DNA of 46,210 nucleotides from Enoplolaimus lenunculus (Eukaryota): NCBI GenBank assembly GCA_030248215.1, contig JASANG010000727.1, positions 496,001 to 542,210 of the forward strand, read 5' to 3'. Shown piece by piece: positions 23,943 to 36,626 of this stretch (position 1 is its first letter; each line of letters starts with the position of its first letter). The notes under the pieces were generated by a model. It saw only the letters and a program-made list of their open reading frames with translations, ran no database searches and was not told where the DNA came from. The position numbers and the translations under genes were made by a program.

Positions 23943-24810
23943 GTAAGTGTTTGAATTGGTTGCTATATTACTATAATTACCTGCTAAACATAGTCACAAG
24001 TGCAAGTTTTTGCAGCGAGATCTTGCAGCTGCAATTTGCATGCTAAACTTTTTGCAGTTGAAACATACAGGATACAACTTGCAGCTGCAAGTTCTGCAAT
24101 AGGTTTTCGCGATAAACTTGCAGATACAGAGTTTGTCAAAAAATTGCACTTGCCAACTATAGCTGCGAGTTCTTGCTGCAAAAACTTGCACGTGTGAATG
24201 GTGATTAACGCGTTCGATGCTCACCATACGAATCTTGGCCCATGTTAATCACAACGGCCAATCCAATGAGAATCCAAGCATGAGATTTACTCTAAATCTA
24301 CAGCCCGTAGTTTTAAATGTGAGTAGCACCTATCACCTGTTAGAGATAGGTCTTATAACTTTCGAACCAGGGAATAGTGAGGTTTGAAATTCAGCACATT
24401 TACTACATTAGATGTACTCTACTTATGTGCAAATTTTGTTATCTGCAATTGCAGCAGTTCGTTAGTTTGAACACATGTTACTAACTGGTGATAGGTGCTA
24501 TATGCATTTGAGAATATGGGCCTACGTTATAGCTTATATAGTCAATAAAACACGCTATGCTACGATATGTGGCTTTTTTGGTTCGCGTTGTCCAAAATTG
24601 AACCCTAACAAATAGGAATATTGCCGCAAATTTCAGTGTTTAAGGTTTTTTACAGAACCTACTGTGCGTTAATTGATTGGTCAATAAGTGAAATGGTTCA
24701 TATTTTAAATTTTAGTTACGGTCTTTAGCGATTTGGGAACAAAGGCCGTTTAATGCATCTTTATTGTGAACGAATAGTAAAAATAACAAAAGTTTCGCTT
24801 TGAATTACAG

Positions 24811-25247
24811 GTCTGCAAGGACCAAATGGCTTGCCAGGAGACCCAGCGTCAGCAATCACAGGACCGCCTGGGCAGCCCGGCCAACGTGGACCCAGTGGCC
24901 TGCCTGGTCTACCAGGCCGACAAGGGCCAACTGGTCCTCCAGGACTTCCAGGTGAAGGTGGCCAAGGTGAACCAGGTGAAAAAGGGCCACCAGGTCTTCC
25001 TGGAGAAATGGGAGATCCTGGAATATCCTGTGACGATAATGATTCATCGTTGGACGAAGAGTGCGCCGGTACACCGGGTCCGGCGGGTCAAATCGGAGAA
25101 CCTGGCCAACCCGGGATGCCAGGAAAAGACGGAACCGATGGGCCGCAAGGTGAATCTGGTTTACAAGGTGATGCCGGAAACGATGCCCATTATTGCCCGT
25201 GTCCGTTGCGAAAGGGTCTGATCGGTTATCGAAGAAGAAAGTTTTAA
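24811..25247 (+). CDS. Cuticle collagen exon 4 (Gly-X-Y blocks, C-terminal [10 protein letters not shown])
   Basis: ttacag|[12 protein letters not shown]...[26 protein letters not shown]; four exons sum to 1341 nt = 446 aa + stop. Confidence 0.95.
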
Positions 25248-25287
25248 ATCAATTTTGTTCTTATTGGAATTGACAATTTAGTTTTTA

Positions 25288-25293
25288 AATAAA
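25288..25293 (+). promoter_or_regulatory. Probable poly(A) signal of collagen gene
   Basis: AATAAA about 40 nt after the stop codon. Confidence 0.55.
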
Positions 25294-25306
25294 TCCATAT
25301 TTTTAA

Positions 25307-25569
25307 CCCTGTCTCACATGAATATTTTCTATTTCCCCTGACACCTACTTTTATGCTAGGATTCTAACTCCAGTGACTGGAGTGGGAGGTGTATACCATC
25401 ACTGCTCAGCTATAGGAGCTTGACGCTGGAGCCCGAGGGGGCTCTCACGTCTTGTGGTGATTTAGTACTATGTATACATGTTGCAATTGTTAAACGCGGT
25501 GCGATGTATATTATTTAACGTATATGCACTGCGCTGAGTTGCCTATAAACAACTCAATGTGAGAAGGGG
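25307..25569. mobile_element. piggyBac-like MITE
   Basis: TTAA|CCCTGTCTCACAT ... ATGTGAGAAGGGG|TTAA; copies at 22362-22623 and from 45917 towards the window end. Confidence 0.85.
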
Positions 25570-25714
25570 TTAAGCAGTGACTAGTGCAAGCAATGCTAAA
25601 TGAATGACGGATCGCTATGATCTTGTAGTTTTTCCACCTACTTTAACTATTGAACACGTTCTCTTAAAAATTGTGAAGAACCTATCACAAATTGGTTCGT
25701 GACAGGTCTTGTAA

Positions 25715-26013
25715 AGCCCCATTCACAAGTGTAAGTTTTTGCAGCGAAAACTCGCAACAGCAACTTGCACGAAATACTTGCAGCAGCAAGTATTTTTAAA
25801 CGAACATTGCGATTGACCAATCAAACTGCAGGTGCAAAAAGTTCAAGCGACTTACAACTGTTTTCACAGGGGCGAATTAAATTCAACAGCATGAATTTAA
25901 TGTGAATAATTTTCAGCTGCAAGAACTTCAAAGCTGCTTTGTTACCAAACTTTCACATGTAAAGTTGTGTGTGCAAGTTTTTACTGCAAAAACTTCCACA
26001 TGTAAATGGGGCT
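25715..26013. mobile_element. PIF/Harbinger-like MITE rich in AACTTGCA(G/C) motifs
   Basis: TAA|AGCCCCATTCACA ... TGTAAATGGGGCT|TAA; relatives in collagen introns at about 21880-22150 and 23990-24203. Confidence 0.8.
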
Positions 26014-26334
26014 TAACTGTCGAAAAGGAGAGTTTTGATGTTCAATATTCAGCACATTTTTGGTATTTAATTAGTCCTACGTCTGCACCAATTTTGAGAT
26101 CTGCAGGCTCAATTTAAGGAATTCGGTAGTCTTAAGATATATCAATAAACTGGTGATAGTGGTTCACCGCATTCGAGAAGATGGGCCCAGCTTACAGATG
26201 AACTATGTGGTGCCTAGAGACATATGAGGTTTGGTCAGTTAAAAATCGAGGTTAATGACATCGTAGCATAAGCTCAGCTCGTATTCAGAACATGTTCACT
26301 TTGCCAAAACAGTTGTGATGTCCCACAAATTTTG

Positions 26335-26525
26335 GGCCCATGTATAGGTCAGGTGCAGAACGTTTTTCTACGGGACTGCAATAGAGTAAAGCTTAAGCGT
26401 TGGACTATTTTTCTTTGGCTTATGGTTAGGCTTCGCTTAGGTACAAACTTATTCTGACGCACGATTAAGCTTAAGCGTAGAAATATACTCATACTACTAT
26501 TACGGCCCTGTTCTCTACAATGGGC
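26335..26525 (-). mobile_element. Telomere-repeat MITE, old A/C-like copy
   Basis: TSD AAATTTTG/AAATGTTG; degenerate hexamers. Confidence 0.8.
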
Positions 26526-28405
26526 AAATGTTGTTGACATCTGAGTGGAATGCTTGCGGTGCTAGTTGATCTTGTTTTTATAATAAAACTAACTAGTCGT
26601 CCAACTTTGCGTAATGTGCAAAGGAGTTAGCGAGTAATATATAAATGTATGCAAAATTATAGAACCATCGCGTCTGTGCTATGGAACTATTGAAACAAAT
26701 ATTTTGGAAACTTGCCAAAAATACGTATGTGGGGCGTTCCAGCTTTAATATATAGATTGTTTAATAAATGTAGATACTCAAACTGCATATTAATATATAT
26801 GCCTGTAGCTTTATAGGTTGAAATCGAATTTGATACTGGAGATATAATGCGCTGTTTTCTTTGAACAACCCATGCTTAACTATTGCGGCCTCCATAGTGG
26901 AAAGCTTATCAGGGTGCGACCAGATATAAGGCTCCGGCAAAAAACTGACATCCGGCTCCGGTATTTTAACTTGCCGTATGCTTTTAAAAAACTTGAAAAA
27001 ACTGAAACCAGCATTTTTTGTATTTATGCCAACTATCGTTGAACTGATTGAATTATTTTTACAAATTTTTTCTGTCGTAAAAGTAATGTAAATGTTTGCA
27101 TGTACTTGTGAAAACTCGCTATCTTTAATGGTTTATAATGCTGAAAAACCTGATAAAGATGACCAGTGTTATTTGAAAGGAGTGACAGTATATCTCAACA
27201 TATTCCTATTACCAAGGCTAAGCCTAAACTTCAGTGTAAAAATAGGTCCATAACTAGACCTAAACAAAAATAGTAGTCTTAATCCTAGCCATGGAATGGC
27301 GGTCTCGGTTGCACACCGAGACCGAGACCTAGCATGAAAAGCCTTGGTCTCGATCAATTTTCGGTTATCGTAGCGTGAATCCTAGTCGGCCATGGGCGGC
27401 CTGGGTTAAAAACCGAGACCGAGACCTGAATACCGACACCCATCCGTGAAAATTTTGGTCTCGATCAATTTTTGGTAATCACCGAGAAAATTAAAATTTT
27501 CGAAATAAATTATTTGTAATGCTTTTTCGTAGTTTTTTGAGTGCTTTTTTATAGTTTGTGTGATTTTGGAATTTTTGCTGAAAAACTTACTTCAACAGTG
27601 TTAATTAATTTTGCAGGTTTGCCAGCATGTGTAGAATCCTCGACTTCTCGTCTCAATTACAGACCACGGAGACTCAAAAAACCAAGACATGCCAAACGCC
27701 TTGATTTGCCGAAATCGATACTACAATTGGGGAAAACTGGATGCCATTAAAAGTAACATGGGCCAAACAAATACGTATTGCAACTGAATGCAACATTATA
27801 AACATAGAATAATGGAATAGTGTCATTGTTAAAGTGTTAAAAACGCATCAGCGTGAGACGTTAAGCATTGTCACGTAAACACATTGGATACCTTAGGCCA
27901 TTTAATGAAGAATTATTAGCTACGTTCTGATATTTGAATGCAGTGTACTGTGAGAAGTTCGTGATTTTGGACTTAAGCCGGTATCCTGTATCGCCTGTTA
28001 TGTTCTTTCCTCGATGTATGCTTATCGCTCTGATTTAGTAAACGCGGCCGGTAAATGTTTATTATAAATCCCAACCCGAAACCCGTATAGCACAAAATAT
28101 CCAATATTAACACCAGCAAATCACAGGTTATGCAATTTAACTGGCAATCCGAGCCGGAATCCTTAAAGCCGACGCCTGAATCTGGTTTAATCCAGCCACT
28201 GGCTTTACCGTTACTAATATTTTTGCCGTTTTCCAGAATCCGTGCAATTCTAACCCCGTTAGAATTACACTCCGTTAAACCGTGTACTCTAACCCCGTTA
28301 GAGTTACACCAAATTTCCGACCAATCTAACCCCGTTAGATTTGGCCAAACCGTTGTAGAATAATAAATCTAATCCCGTTAGATTTATTAGACTACTTTTT
28401 CCCAG

Positions 28406-29420
28406 GTTTCCTTTAATACCCCAAGTTCCTTTAGCACATGACACCAGTATCCGATACTGGGTAAATTCTGCGCCTTGCGCAATGCCGATTAAATCCGTAA
28501 CGCCGTAATTGAGGTCCAGAGCCAATCACCCGGTTCCAATCCTGTACGCCTACACCATATACAACAACAACAACAATAACAACCAATCATGTCGGACACT
28601 CACGACATGATGACTTAGACTAGCTAAGTCGTTAACCGCAAATCGAGCCGTCACATTTATACAACATTATTCAATGGCCACGCAGGGCCCCAGGTAAGTT
28701 ACATTGCGGACACAGCCGCCATAGCATAGTTTTACCAATTTCTACGCCTTGTAGCAACGCCTAAGCCTAACTTAAGTTCTAAGAGAGACTAGGTGGAGCC
28801 AGGAACTCCCTTAAGGTGTGGTTTTGATATAGGGTTTTATTTTATATTTTAGTTTTAATTTGAAATAGGTTTAAGTGTGGCACAGCCACCTACATGTACT
28901 ATTAGATTTGAATTAATTATGCGGTTCCGGCTACGGCCGGATATTAGATGTTCCGGCTCCGGCCGGATATTAGATTTTCCGGTTCCGGATCCGGCATTTT
29001 TTGGTATCCGGTCGTACCCTGCAAACTATTCCCAATCCTGAACATAAGCCGGAACCCAAGCCTAATCATAAACGTAAACATAGACATAAGCCTAATCCTA
29101 AGCCTAATCATAAACGTAAACACAGACATAAGCCTAATCCTAAGCCTAATCATAAACGTAAACATAGACATAAGCCTAATCCTAAGCCTAAAGTCTACGA
29201 ATCGAATTGACTTTGGCAGTTTCAACTGCATGCCCACTTACGATGGCATATACACCACATTCTGTCGTTACAGTCCAGTGCTGCAAGTTGTCCGGCAGTT
29301 TGTGTACAATGCAAAACGATAATGGATCGCGCGGGATGCAATGGATACCGTCAAACCTATGTCGCCAGCATTAATCCAACGCCGACCACTTCGCCGGCGC
29401 TCGAATACATTTTATAGTTA
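28406..29420 (+). pseudogene. Possible decayed two-exon Cys-rich gene
   Basis: ttttcccag acceptor 28405, AG|gtaagt donor 28693, ctttggcag acceptor 29219 in matching phase; frame has stops and a frameshift before SAASCPAVCVQC. Confidence 0.25.
29040..29190. repeat. 42-bp higher-order repeat of variant telomere hexamers, about 3 copies
   Basis: CCTAAT CATAAA CGTAAA CATAGA CATAAG CCTAAT CCTAAG. Confidence 0.85.
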
Positions 29421-29424
29421 ATAT

Positions 29425-29609
29425 GACCCATGTTACTTTGAGGGGCGTCCAGGTTTGTGGTGGGTCTATAAATGAGTAGGTTTAGATTCTAGATTACATT
29501 TTTTGGCTTAGTCTTAGGCTTAGGCTTAGGAACACATTTTTGCAACGCTTAGGCTTAGACTTAAGAATACGCTTAATCTACTGTTACGCTCCTAAAAGTA
29601 ACACTGGCC
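29425..29609 (-). mobile_element. Telomere-repeat MITE, subfamily B (minimal form)
   Basis: Both B TIRs, single internal unit. Confidence 0.88.
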
Positions 29610-29841
29610 GTTAAGATTATATCGACGACTCCAATTTTTGTTCACAATCAGAGCCAAGAAGGGCGCCCAGGTTTTGCCCTTGCTGGCATCAAAATACAAA
29701 ATAATGAAATTATACAAATATATCGGACCATTTGCAGAAATCCTTAATTATTGTTACTTTATTTTATATAGTGTTTTACTGATGATAATACTCCTAGTTT
29801 GCCCAAATATTTGGTATTGGTTAGCAATATATAACGCAAAT

Positions 29842-30124
29842 GACCCATGTATAGAACAGGGCCGGATCGTTTTCCGGTGGGGCTGTAATAGAGTCAATTT
29901 AAGCTTTAGGCTAATTTTTTGCTTAGGCTTAGGCTTAGGCTTAGGCTTAGGCTTAGGAATAGGCTCATCCATACGCTTAGGCTTAGGCTTATGTTTAGCC
30001 TTTGGCGTAGGAATAGGCTCATCCATACGCTTAGGCTTAGGCTTAGGCTTAGGAATAGGCTCATAGATACGCTTATAGGCTTAGGCTTAGGAATATGCTT
30101 CTACTACTGTTTAGCCCTTAGGCC
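29842..30124 (-). mobile_element. Telomere-repeat MITE, subfamily A
   Basis: TSD ACGCAAAT/ACACAAAT; (TTAGGC)n interior; 53 bp upstream of protein A ATG. Confidence 0.88.
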
Positions 30125-30177
30125 ACACAAATTCTCTTAAATACAAAAGTATATTCTAATATATATTCATCTCCGAA

Positions 30178-30232
30178 ATGAATTTTATTTCAATTGCCGT
30201 ACTCGTTACGACCACAGTATGTTTGACATACG
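30178..30232 (+). CDS. Small secreted Cys-rich protein A, exon 1 (signal peptide)
   Basis: MNFISIAVLVTTTVCLTY G|gtaaga, 55 nt, phase 1 matches exon at 31532. Confidence 0.78.
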
Positions 30233-30638
30233 GTAAGACTTTTTATGTTGGACCGTTTTAAGCTTTTCTCAAATGAGGTCCAAACGAGATTGCAGCAAAA
30301 CTATTGGTTATTGCATGGCCGTACCTGGAAACAAATAGAGCCGGGGTGGTAACGGTAGCACTGATGGCGGCCGTCTACCGAATTTACCTTCGAAATAAAT
30401 TTTCTGCGAAATTTTAAATATGACGTCAAAATTTGAATTTTCCTGCCAAAATTTCAATTTTACCACGAAAATGTGATCTTTCTAGCGATAAATTGAAGTT
30501 TTCTCGCCAAACGTGAATTGCGATGCAAGTTTGAATTTGCCGAACAATTTTTAGATGTCTGCATGCCGTTCCAGAATTTTGCATATGTTCGCTACACCGG
30601 TGTCGAAAATGCCTAAATGTGAACCAATTTGAGTTGCA

Positions 30639-30862
30639 CACTGCAAAAAAATGGTGAGTCAGATTGTGACTCTCTCCGAAATAGGCATTTAGGGACTACA
30701 CAAACTGAGTCAAATTCGACTCCGCCACAGTCAAATTTGACTCAATGATCGAGTCGGGTAAGTCGAATTTGACTCTGGCGGAGTCGAATTTTGACTCAGT
30801 TTGTGTAGTCCGGAAAAGCCTATTTCGGAGAGCGTCAATTTGACTCACTATTTTTTGCAGTG
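30639..30862. mobile_element. CACTGCAAAAAATGG MITE in intron of protein A
   Basis: Same TIRs as 9297 copy. Confidence 0.85.
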
Positions 30863-31531
30863 CCAGTAAAGGCTTTTTGCACACATTATCGACATTTAGG
30901 CTGTTTGAAACTATAGCGAAACATATGCAGACAGAAAACTTTTATCCTACTGAATTATCATCAAAAATAATTATCCAATCAGAAGCCATCTTAATAGCGC
31001 AAGTCACAAGGGGTATCGTCTCTTTAACAAGGAGGTCGTTGTAAAAATCCATTACTGCAGCGACCCGGATAAGAGGCGGGGGACTGATATTTATTTCGCC
31101 TCTCCAGAGGGTACCCCCCTTGTTATTCGGTTACGGACTGTTATTTATTTTTAACCCGTCCTCCTCCACCTTTCGTTACTAATATATATCCGGTATTGCA
31201 ACTATACGTAGAATTAAACGTTTTTTGTCCGGCATCAAAAGCTTGAGCGATAATGCAAGGTTAGATACTTTCAAAACTTAAGTACGCTTTAAAGTTTCGA
31301 ACTCAACTTTATTTGGTCCTGGAGTCATTTATGCGCTGCAATTAGGATTAATAATTGGACGATAATTACGGTTTTGGTACTCTGCATGCTTAAAGAATTT
31401 CATAAAGAAAACTTTCATAAAAAATTTTAATTATCGTGAAGAGAATACTTAATATGAAAGGATTAATAAGATTTAAAATCTTTCCAATTAGGATAACAGT
31501 ACATAGCTAATAGTTTTTTCTTTGTTTTCAG

Positions 31532-31800
31532 GAGATGACTACGATGACACTGAAAACCCTTGCGTTGAAAGTTGTTCCGATTCTTATATGGACGATTTGG
31601 ACCCGTTTGATATACGTGCGGCATGCGCTGCAATGAGTCAATGGGAATCGTGTATCAGAGCCTGCCCACAAGGATCTGAACTGTATGATCGGGCGGTGTC
31701 CGAAGAAGATATTGATTCGCGAATGGTTGATGCTTGCGCTTGCATAAACAGCTTTTTCTCATTTAAATGTGCTAAGAAAATCTTTGGCTCAATCTTTTAA
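31532..31800 (+). CDS. Small secreted Cys-rich protein A, exon 2 (107 aa total)
   Basis: ttttcag|(G)DDYDDTENPCVESCSDSYMDDLDPFDIRAACAAMSQWESCIRACPQG...MVDACAC...IF*; clear paralog at 42461. Confidence 0.85.
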
Positions 31801-32122
31801 TACTACTAAATTGATCCGAAATGGTAGGAATCACAAGTGTACGAGCTGGAAGGGCGTAGCCAAAATGGTTAGTGTCGAACTTAACATTTTTGTTGTTCGG
31901 GGGTTTCTTTAGAATTTTGTCTTCAGTTGAAAAATACGCATCGGGTGAAATTTTTAATAAAAGAGGCATGTGACTGCTTTTCAAAATGTTGGCTAAGCAA
32001 CTGCTGCATAATCAATTACAGGTTTTCAATCGCAAAATGGTTAATGCTGGTGATTTAATACATCTTTTAAATTTTGATTAAATTAACAAATTATACTGCA
32101 TACTAAAATAACACTTACGTCC

Positions 32123-32314
32123 GGCCAATGTCACTTTTAAGAGGCGTCCGGGTTACTGGTGGGTCCATAAAAGAGTATGTTTAGATTCTTGATTATATTT
32201 TGTTGCTTAGGCTTAGGCTTAGGCTAAGGAACACATTTTTGCAACGCTCAGGCTTAGGCTTAGGCTTAGGAATACGCTTAATCTACTGTTACGCCCCTTA
32301 AAGTAACATTGGCT
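32123..32314 (-). mobile_element. Telomere-repeat MITE, subfamily B
   Basis: Both TIRs; TACGTCC duplicated on both flanks. Confidence 0.88.
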
Positions 32315-33472
32315 ACGTCCATTATGGGTACGGCCTCTTCACAGTCCCACGTGTCTATCTTTACTTTTTGAAACCAGTTATAGTTATGTGCAATCGGAAT
32401 GGTTCAACTGAAAACAATGCTAACAAAAGCCGCCGTTGAAAAATATGACTTGATATCAGGGCTCATATTCTCAAATGCGTATAGCAGCTATCGTTAGTAA
32501 GCGATAGGTTTTCAAACTGACGAACACCTGAAATAACAGAACTCAAAATTGGGACAGACTAGGGCTAATCAAAAGCGAACGATGTGCTAAACTTTGAACC
32601 ATATCATGCCCATTTTCCAAAGTTACAGTTGACTGTGTATGCGACGTTCCTTTGAGGAGAATGAAATACTGGTAAGATAACTCGACGCACGGGGACGCAA
32701 CAATTTGTAGTCCGCTGCTATGTTTATATCTGTTTCCATGATCGTTTTCTACACTTTTCACTAAAAATGTAGATTAATACGGTAGTGACCCGAATAAAGA
32801 AGGGGGTAATAAGAGGGGGTCCGCCCATCTGCTATACTAGAAAACAAAAGCATCAGCATCGAACATGGGCATCAACTCCTTTGGTTGTTTCATTTTTGAA
32901 TTTCTAAATTAATATCAGTAAACATTAACTCATTCTCAGTTGAGTTGATTCTACTCCGAGTTGAGATGACTCTGATTGAGTTGATTAATTAACTCAGAAT
33001 GAATTGAATAAACTCAAAATGCTTAGTTCTGATAGTCCTAACCCAGACTGAGTGATTCAACTCGAGTTAAAATCGACTCACTGAAATTTGCAGTGTACGC
33101 GGAGGACACGGAGAGAACGCTTGTTGATCCGGCCAATGAATAGAACGTGAACGTTGCAGTACTATAAGCGTACTGGAAAAAATTGTGAGTTAAATTGACT
33201 CTCTGCGAAATAGGCTTTTCGGGACTACACAAATTGAGTCAAAATTCGACACATTGATCTGAAACGTATTTGCGTATAAAGTCAACATAACGATTTTAAG
33301 TATCTAGAAATACAAATGAGTTAGAATAAATATTTTTTTAAAAATGCAAAAGGTTTGTAAGCTAAGGTTTGTCAGTTTTAGACGAATTTTGACTAAAAGT
33401 GGTAGCTAGACAGAACATTTCTAGTTTTTAAGATCGAATTGTAATATTAATATCACTAGCGCTAAGTTTCAA

Positions 33473-33726
33473 CACTGTAAATTCCAGTGAGTGAATAATC
33501 CAGTCAACGAGTGAGTTAGTTTATTTCTGAGTAAATAACAATAATAATTAACTCACTTTGAGTTGGGTTGATTTTCACTCTCAGTTAAAATTTCATTCAT
33601 GGTGAATTCATCAATTAACTCAAATTGAGTTGAATCAACTTACAGTTCTGAGTTTTGCTAGTCCTTATTCAGACTGAGTGATTCAACTCATTTTCAGTTA
33701 AAATCAACTCACTGGAATTTACAGTA
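33473..33726. mobile_element. CACTGTAAATT MITE copy
   Basis: Same TIR and GAGTTGATT-rich interior as 37262; partial copies at about 18123-18290 and 32900-33095. Confidence 0.8.
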
Positions 33727-33975
33727 GCTAAGAGTGAACTTAATGTCCGTCTGTGATGAGTATTTTGAACGCGGAGAAGTTTTCAAAGCTCGATTGAGAT
33801 TCAAAAGTTTGCCCTATATGTTTAAAACCTCGAGAGTATATGGTAACTTTTGTTTTATATTATAGCAGTAGCAAAGCCTTCTGTCTGCCAAACAGTAGGT
33901 CTTGTGTACGCACCCTCCATCTTAACGCCTACTGTTCTCAGTTATCAAAAAGATATAATGCCACTTTTGACCCTA

Positions 33976-34226
33976 CACTGTAAATTCCGGTAAGTTGATT
34001 AATCAACTCATGGAGAGAATTAGTTATTTGTGGTTATTTCTGAGTTAATAACAGTAAACATTAACTCTATCTGAGCTGATTTAATTCTGGGTTGGTTGAT
34101 TAATTTACTCAGAATGATTGAAATCAATTCAGAATGCTGAGTTCTGAAAGACCTAATTCAGAGCTCAGACCTTTGAGTGGATTTAACTTATTCTGAGTTA
34201 AAATTAGCTCACTGAAATTTACAGTG
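33976..34226. mobile_element. CACTGTAAATT MITE copy
   Basis: TA|CACTGTAAATT...AATTTACAGTG|TA. Confidence 0.85.
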
Positions 34227-34392
34227 TAACTGGACTAATTTGACAGCAATAGTGAATTTCAGTCGAACATTGGTTGGTCTCTCTTGAGGGTCGATCTTGT
34301 TGAAAATAGAGGTTTATAAGCATGAGAGTTTAAGCTGTACTGGGTAAATGTTTGCCAGCAGCAAAAATTTTAATAAAAAATATAAATTGATG

Positions 34393-34638
34393 GGCCCATG
34401 TATAGAACAGGGCCGGAACAGTAGTATATAAGCATATTCCTTAGCGTAAGCCTAAGCCTACGCCAAAAGGTATGGATGAGCCTATTCCTAAATCTAAGCC
34501 TAAGCATATGGATGAGTCTATTCCTAAGCAAAAGCCAAAGCCTAAGCCTAAGCCTAAGCAAAAAATTAGTCTACAGGTTAAACTGACTGTATTATAGCCA
34601 CTCCCGAATACGATCCGGCCCTGTTCTATACATATGTC
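34393..34638 (+). mobile_element. Telomere-repeat MITE, subfamily A
   Basis: Perfect 8-bp TSD AATTGATG. Confidence 0.92.
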
Positions 34639-35000
34639 AATTGATGAATTGTATCTACCAATCTACGCCAGACCGTGCCGAAAATCATAGGGACACGGTA
34701 TCAAATAACATTTTGTGCACACATTGTATACAGTGCCATGGATCAAGTCACTTGCTTGACGTGCGAGCGTCATGACAACGCTGGTGATGCCGGACGGCGT
34801 TAAATGAGTCACAAAAACGTTCCGCACCTGATCTTTACATGGGCCAATTTGTCAAACACCGTATTAAAGACAACTTCCAAAAGTGAAAAATAACTGAGTC
34901 CCTTGTACACCTTGTAGTCGCGGCTATCCTTGGAAAAATAACCTGTAACTGGTGTGGCGGTATTTTCAATTTCGGTTTACATAAATTAAACGCTGTTCTT

Positions 35001-35201
35001 GGCTCATGTATAGAACAGGACCGAGTCGTTTTATGGATGAGCTATAAGAGAGCGAGTTTAAGCTTTAGACTTATTTTTTTACTTAGGCTTAGGCTTAGGC
35101 TTAGGCTTAGGACTAGTCTCATCCATATGCTTAGGTTAGGTTAGGCTTAGGCTTAAAAATATGCTTATACTACTGTTCCGGCACTGTTCTATACATGGGT
35201 C
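35001..35201 (-). mobile_element. Telomere-repeat MITE, subfamily A
   Basis: Both TIRs; TSD CTGTTCTT/GTGTTTTT (6/8). Truncated A copies at about 5812-5910, 8422-8555, 10524-10679, 12528-12750, 35446-35500. Confidence 0.85.
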
Positions 35202-35638
35202 GTGTTTTTAGTAAATTATTTTTTTAAGAAATTTAACGTCGTTATTCAACTGGCCGGAATTTGTTATGTGCTTAGTAAACCAATATTCCAGTGTGCAGAC
35301 AAATTCAAATTGTTTTGTTCTGCATTCGGCTTGATAAACCTAAAATTTATTAAAATTAAAAATATACAGTAAAACTGGTGTAGTCGGAAAAATTTTCTGA
35401 GGGTAGACACGAAGTCCTATGATCCTGATGCTTACGATTAAGCGGAGGCTTAGGAATATGGTTATACTTTTGTTCCAGCCCTGTTCTCTACATGGATCAT
35501 TTTGGTACACGATCAAAGAAGCAAGTTTGTTGTTTGAGACTTTTCATAATTGGAACTCTCTTTCATTGTGACAACGGTTTAGAGGCACATCATTACACAA
35601 TCATTTATTTGTTAATTCTTACGCAAATTAACTTCCAA

Positions 35639-35693
35639 ATGTATTTCATTAAATTCGTTTTCGTCGATTTCGCCATTTTACATATAGTTTGCG
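35639..35693 (+). CDS. Small secreted Cys-rich protein B, exon 1 (signal peptide)
   Basis: MYFIKFVFVDFAILHIVC G|gtgagc, 55 nt like paralog A, phase 1 matches exon at 42461. Confidence 0.7.
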
Positions 35694-35716
35694 GTGAGCA
35701 TACTTCAACAATTGAT

Positions 35717-36159
35717 GGGTGATCCACGTTAAAATGCACACACATTTGTAAAAAATGTTCCTCCCTTTTGGATGCTTACGTGGTCCCTGCACACTCTGTT
35801 TATACAGTCTTAAATGTCAATATGTCATTGTGTGAACAAATTAGACAATCAATGTGCTCTATGAGTCAATATTTGCTTGTCATGACCATAATATCAGGTC
35901 ACAAGACTACCGGCACAGCACTGTGTCTCTAGTCCCTCGGATGGATCTTAAATTTTTTACGTGGAATGTCTGCTTTATACTGGTGTACTATAAAGTAAAT
36001 CGTTAGTCTCTTCCGACAGACTATGGACAATTTCCACTAGCTAAGTACACCTATAAAACTGTCGCTTGCTTCTAGATTGAATGTGTATTTTGATGGCGTC
36101 CCAATGGGGTATGTGGAACATTTTTTACATCTGCGTGTGCATTTTAACGTGGATGACCC
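35717..36159. mobile_element. GGG-ended MITE with AT duplication (ISL2EU-like)
   Basis: About 45-bp TIR GGGT(G/C)ATCCACGTTAAAATGCACAC..TGTAAAAAATGTTCC, AT on both flanks. Confidence 0.8.
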
Positions 36160-36626
36160 ATTAGTTCAATTGTTTATTAAATATACAGCAGAAATTTTAA
36201 CATCATTTATAAAGAATCATTGATACTTATAGAATGGTTTACCAAAAGCTTAAAAGATTAAGTGTACATTTTAGCAAACGCAACTGTAAACGCAAGACGA
36301 AACACGCTGGGTTTTAGTATTTGGGATGTCTAAGGGTATAAAAGCAGAACGTCTTAAGTGACATTAGTATCATTTTGAGATATGATAAAAAAACCTTCCC
36401 ACTTAAAGACTTATTAATCAATTTTGATCGCATGTATCGAAGAGAGAGGTAGGTAAGTCAATAATCTTTTGGCAGAATTCGAAACTCCTCGCTACTGCTA
36501 ATATTACGTTATTGTTATAATTGTTACGTTTGTTTGCTGTTTAGCTTGCACATAACAATGAATTTATAGTGAAACATCGTAAGTAACAAAACGGTTCAGT
36601 TTGAACCCTTATTTAGGCACAATTTG

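Noticed and set aside
27541..27750. Exon-like segment after ttttgcag (GLPACVESS...)
   Set aside because: Lies next to CCGAGACC-rich transposon-like sequence, no recognisable domain or partner exon
29638..30140. ORFs with LGLGLG / LRLRLR / KPKPKP (also 11266, 21283, 21306, 28944-29322, 34370, 43867, 43977)
   Set aside because: Translations of TTAGGC/GCCTAA tracts
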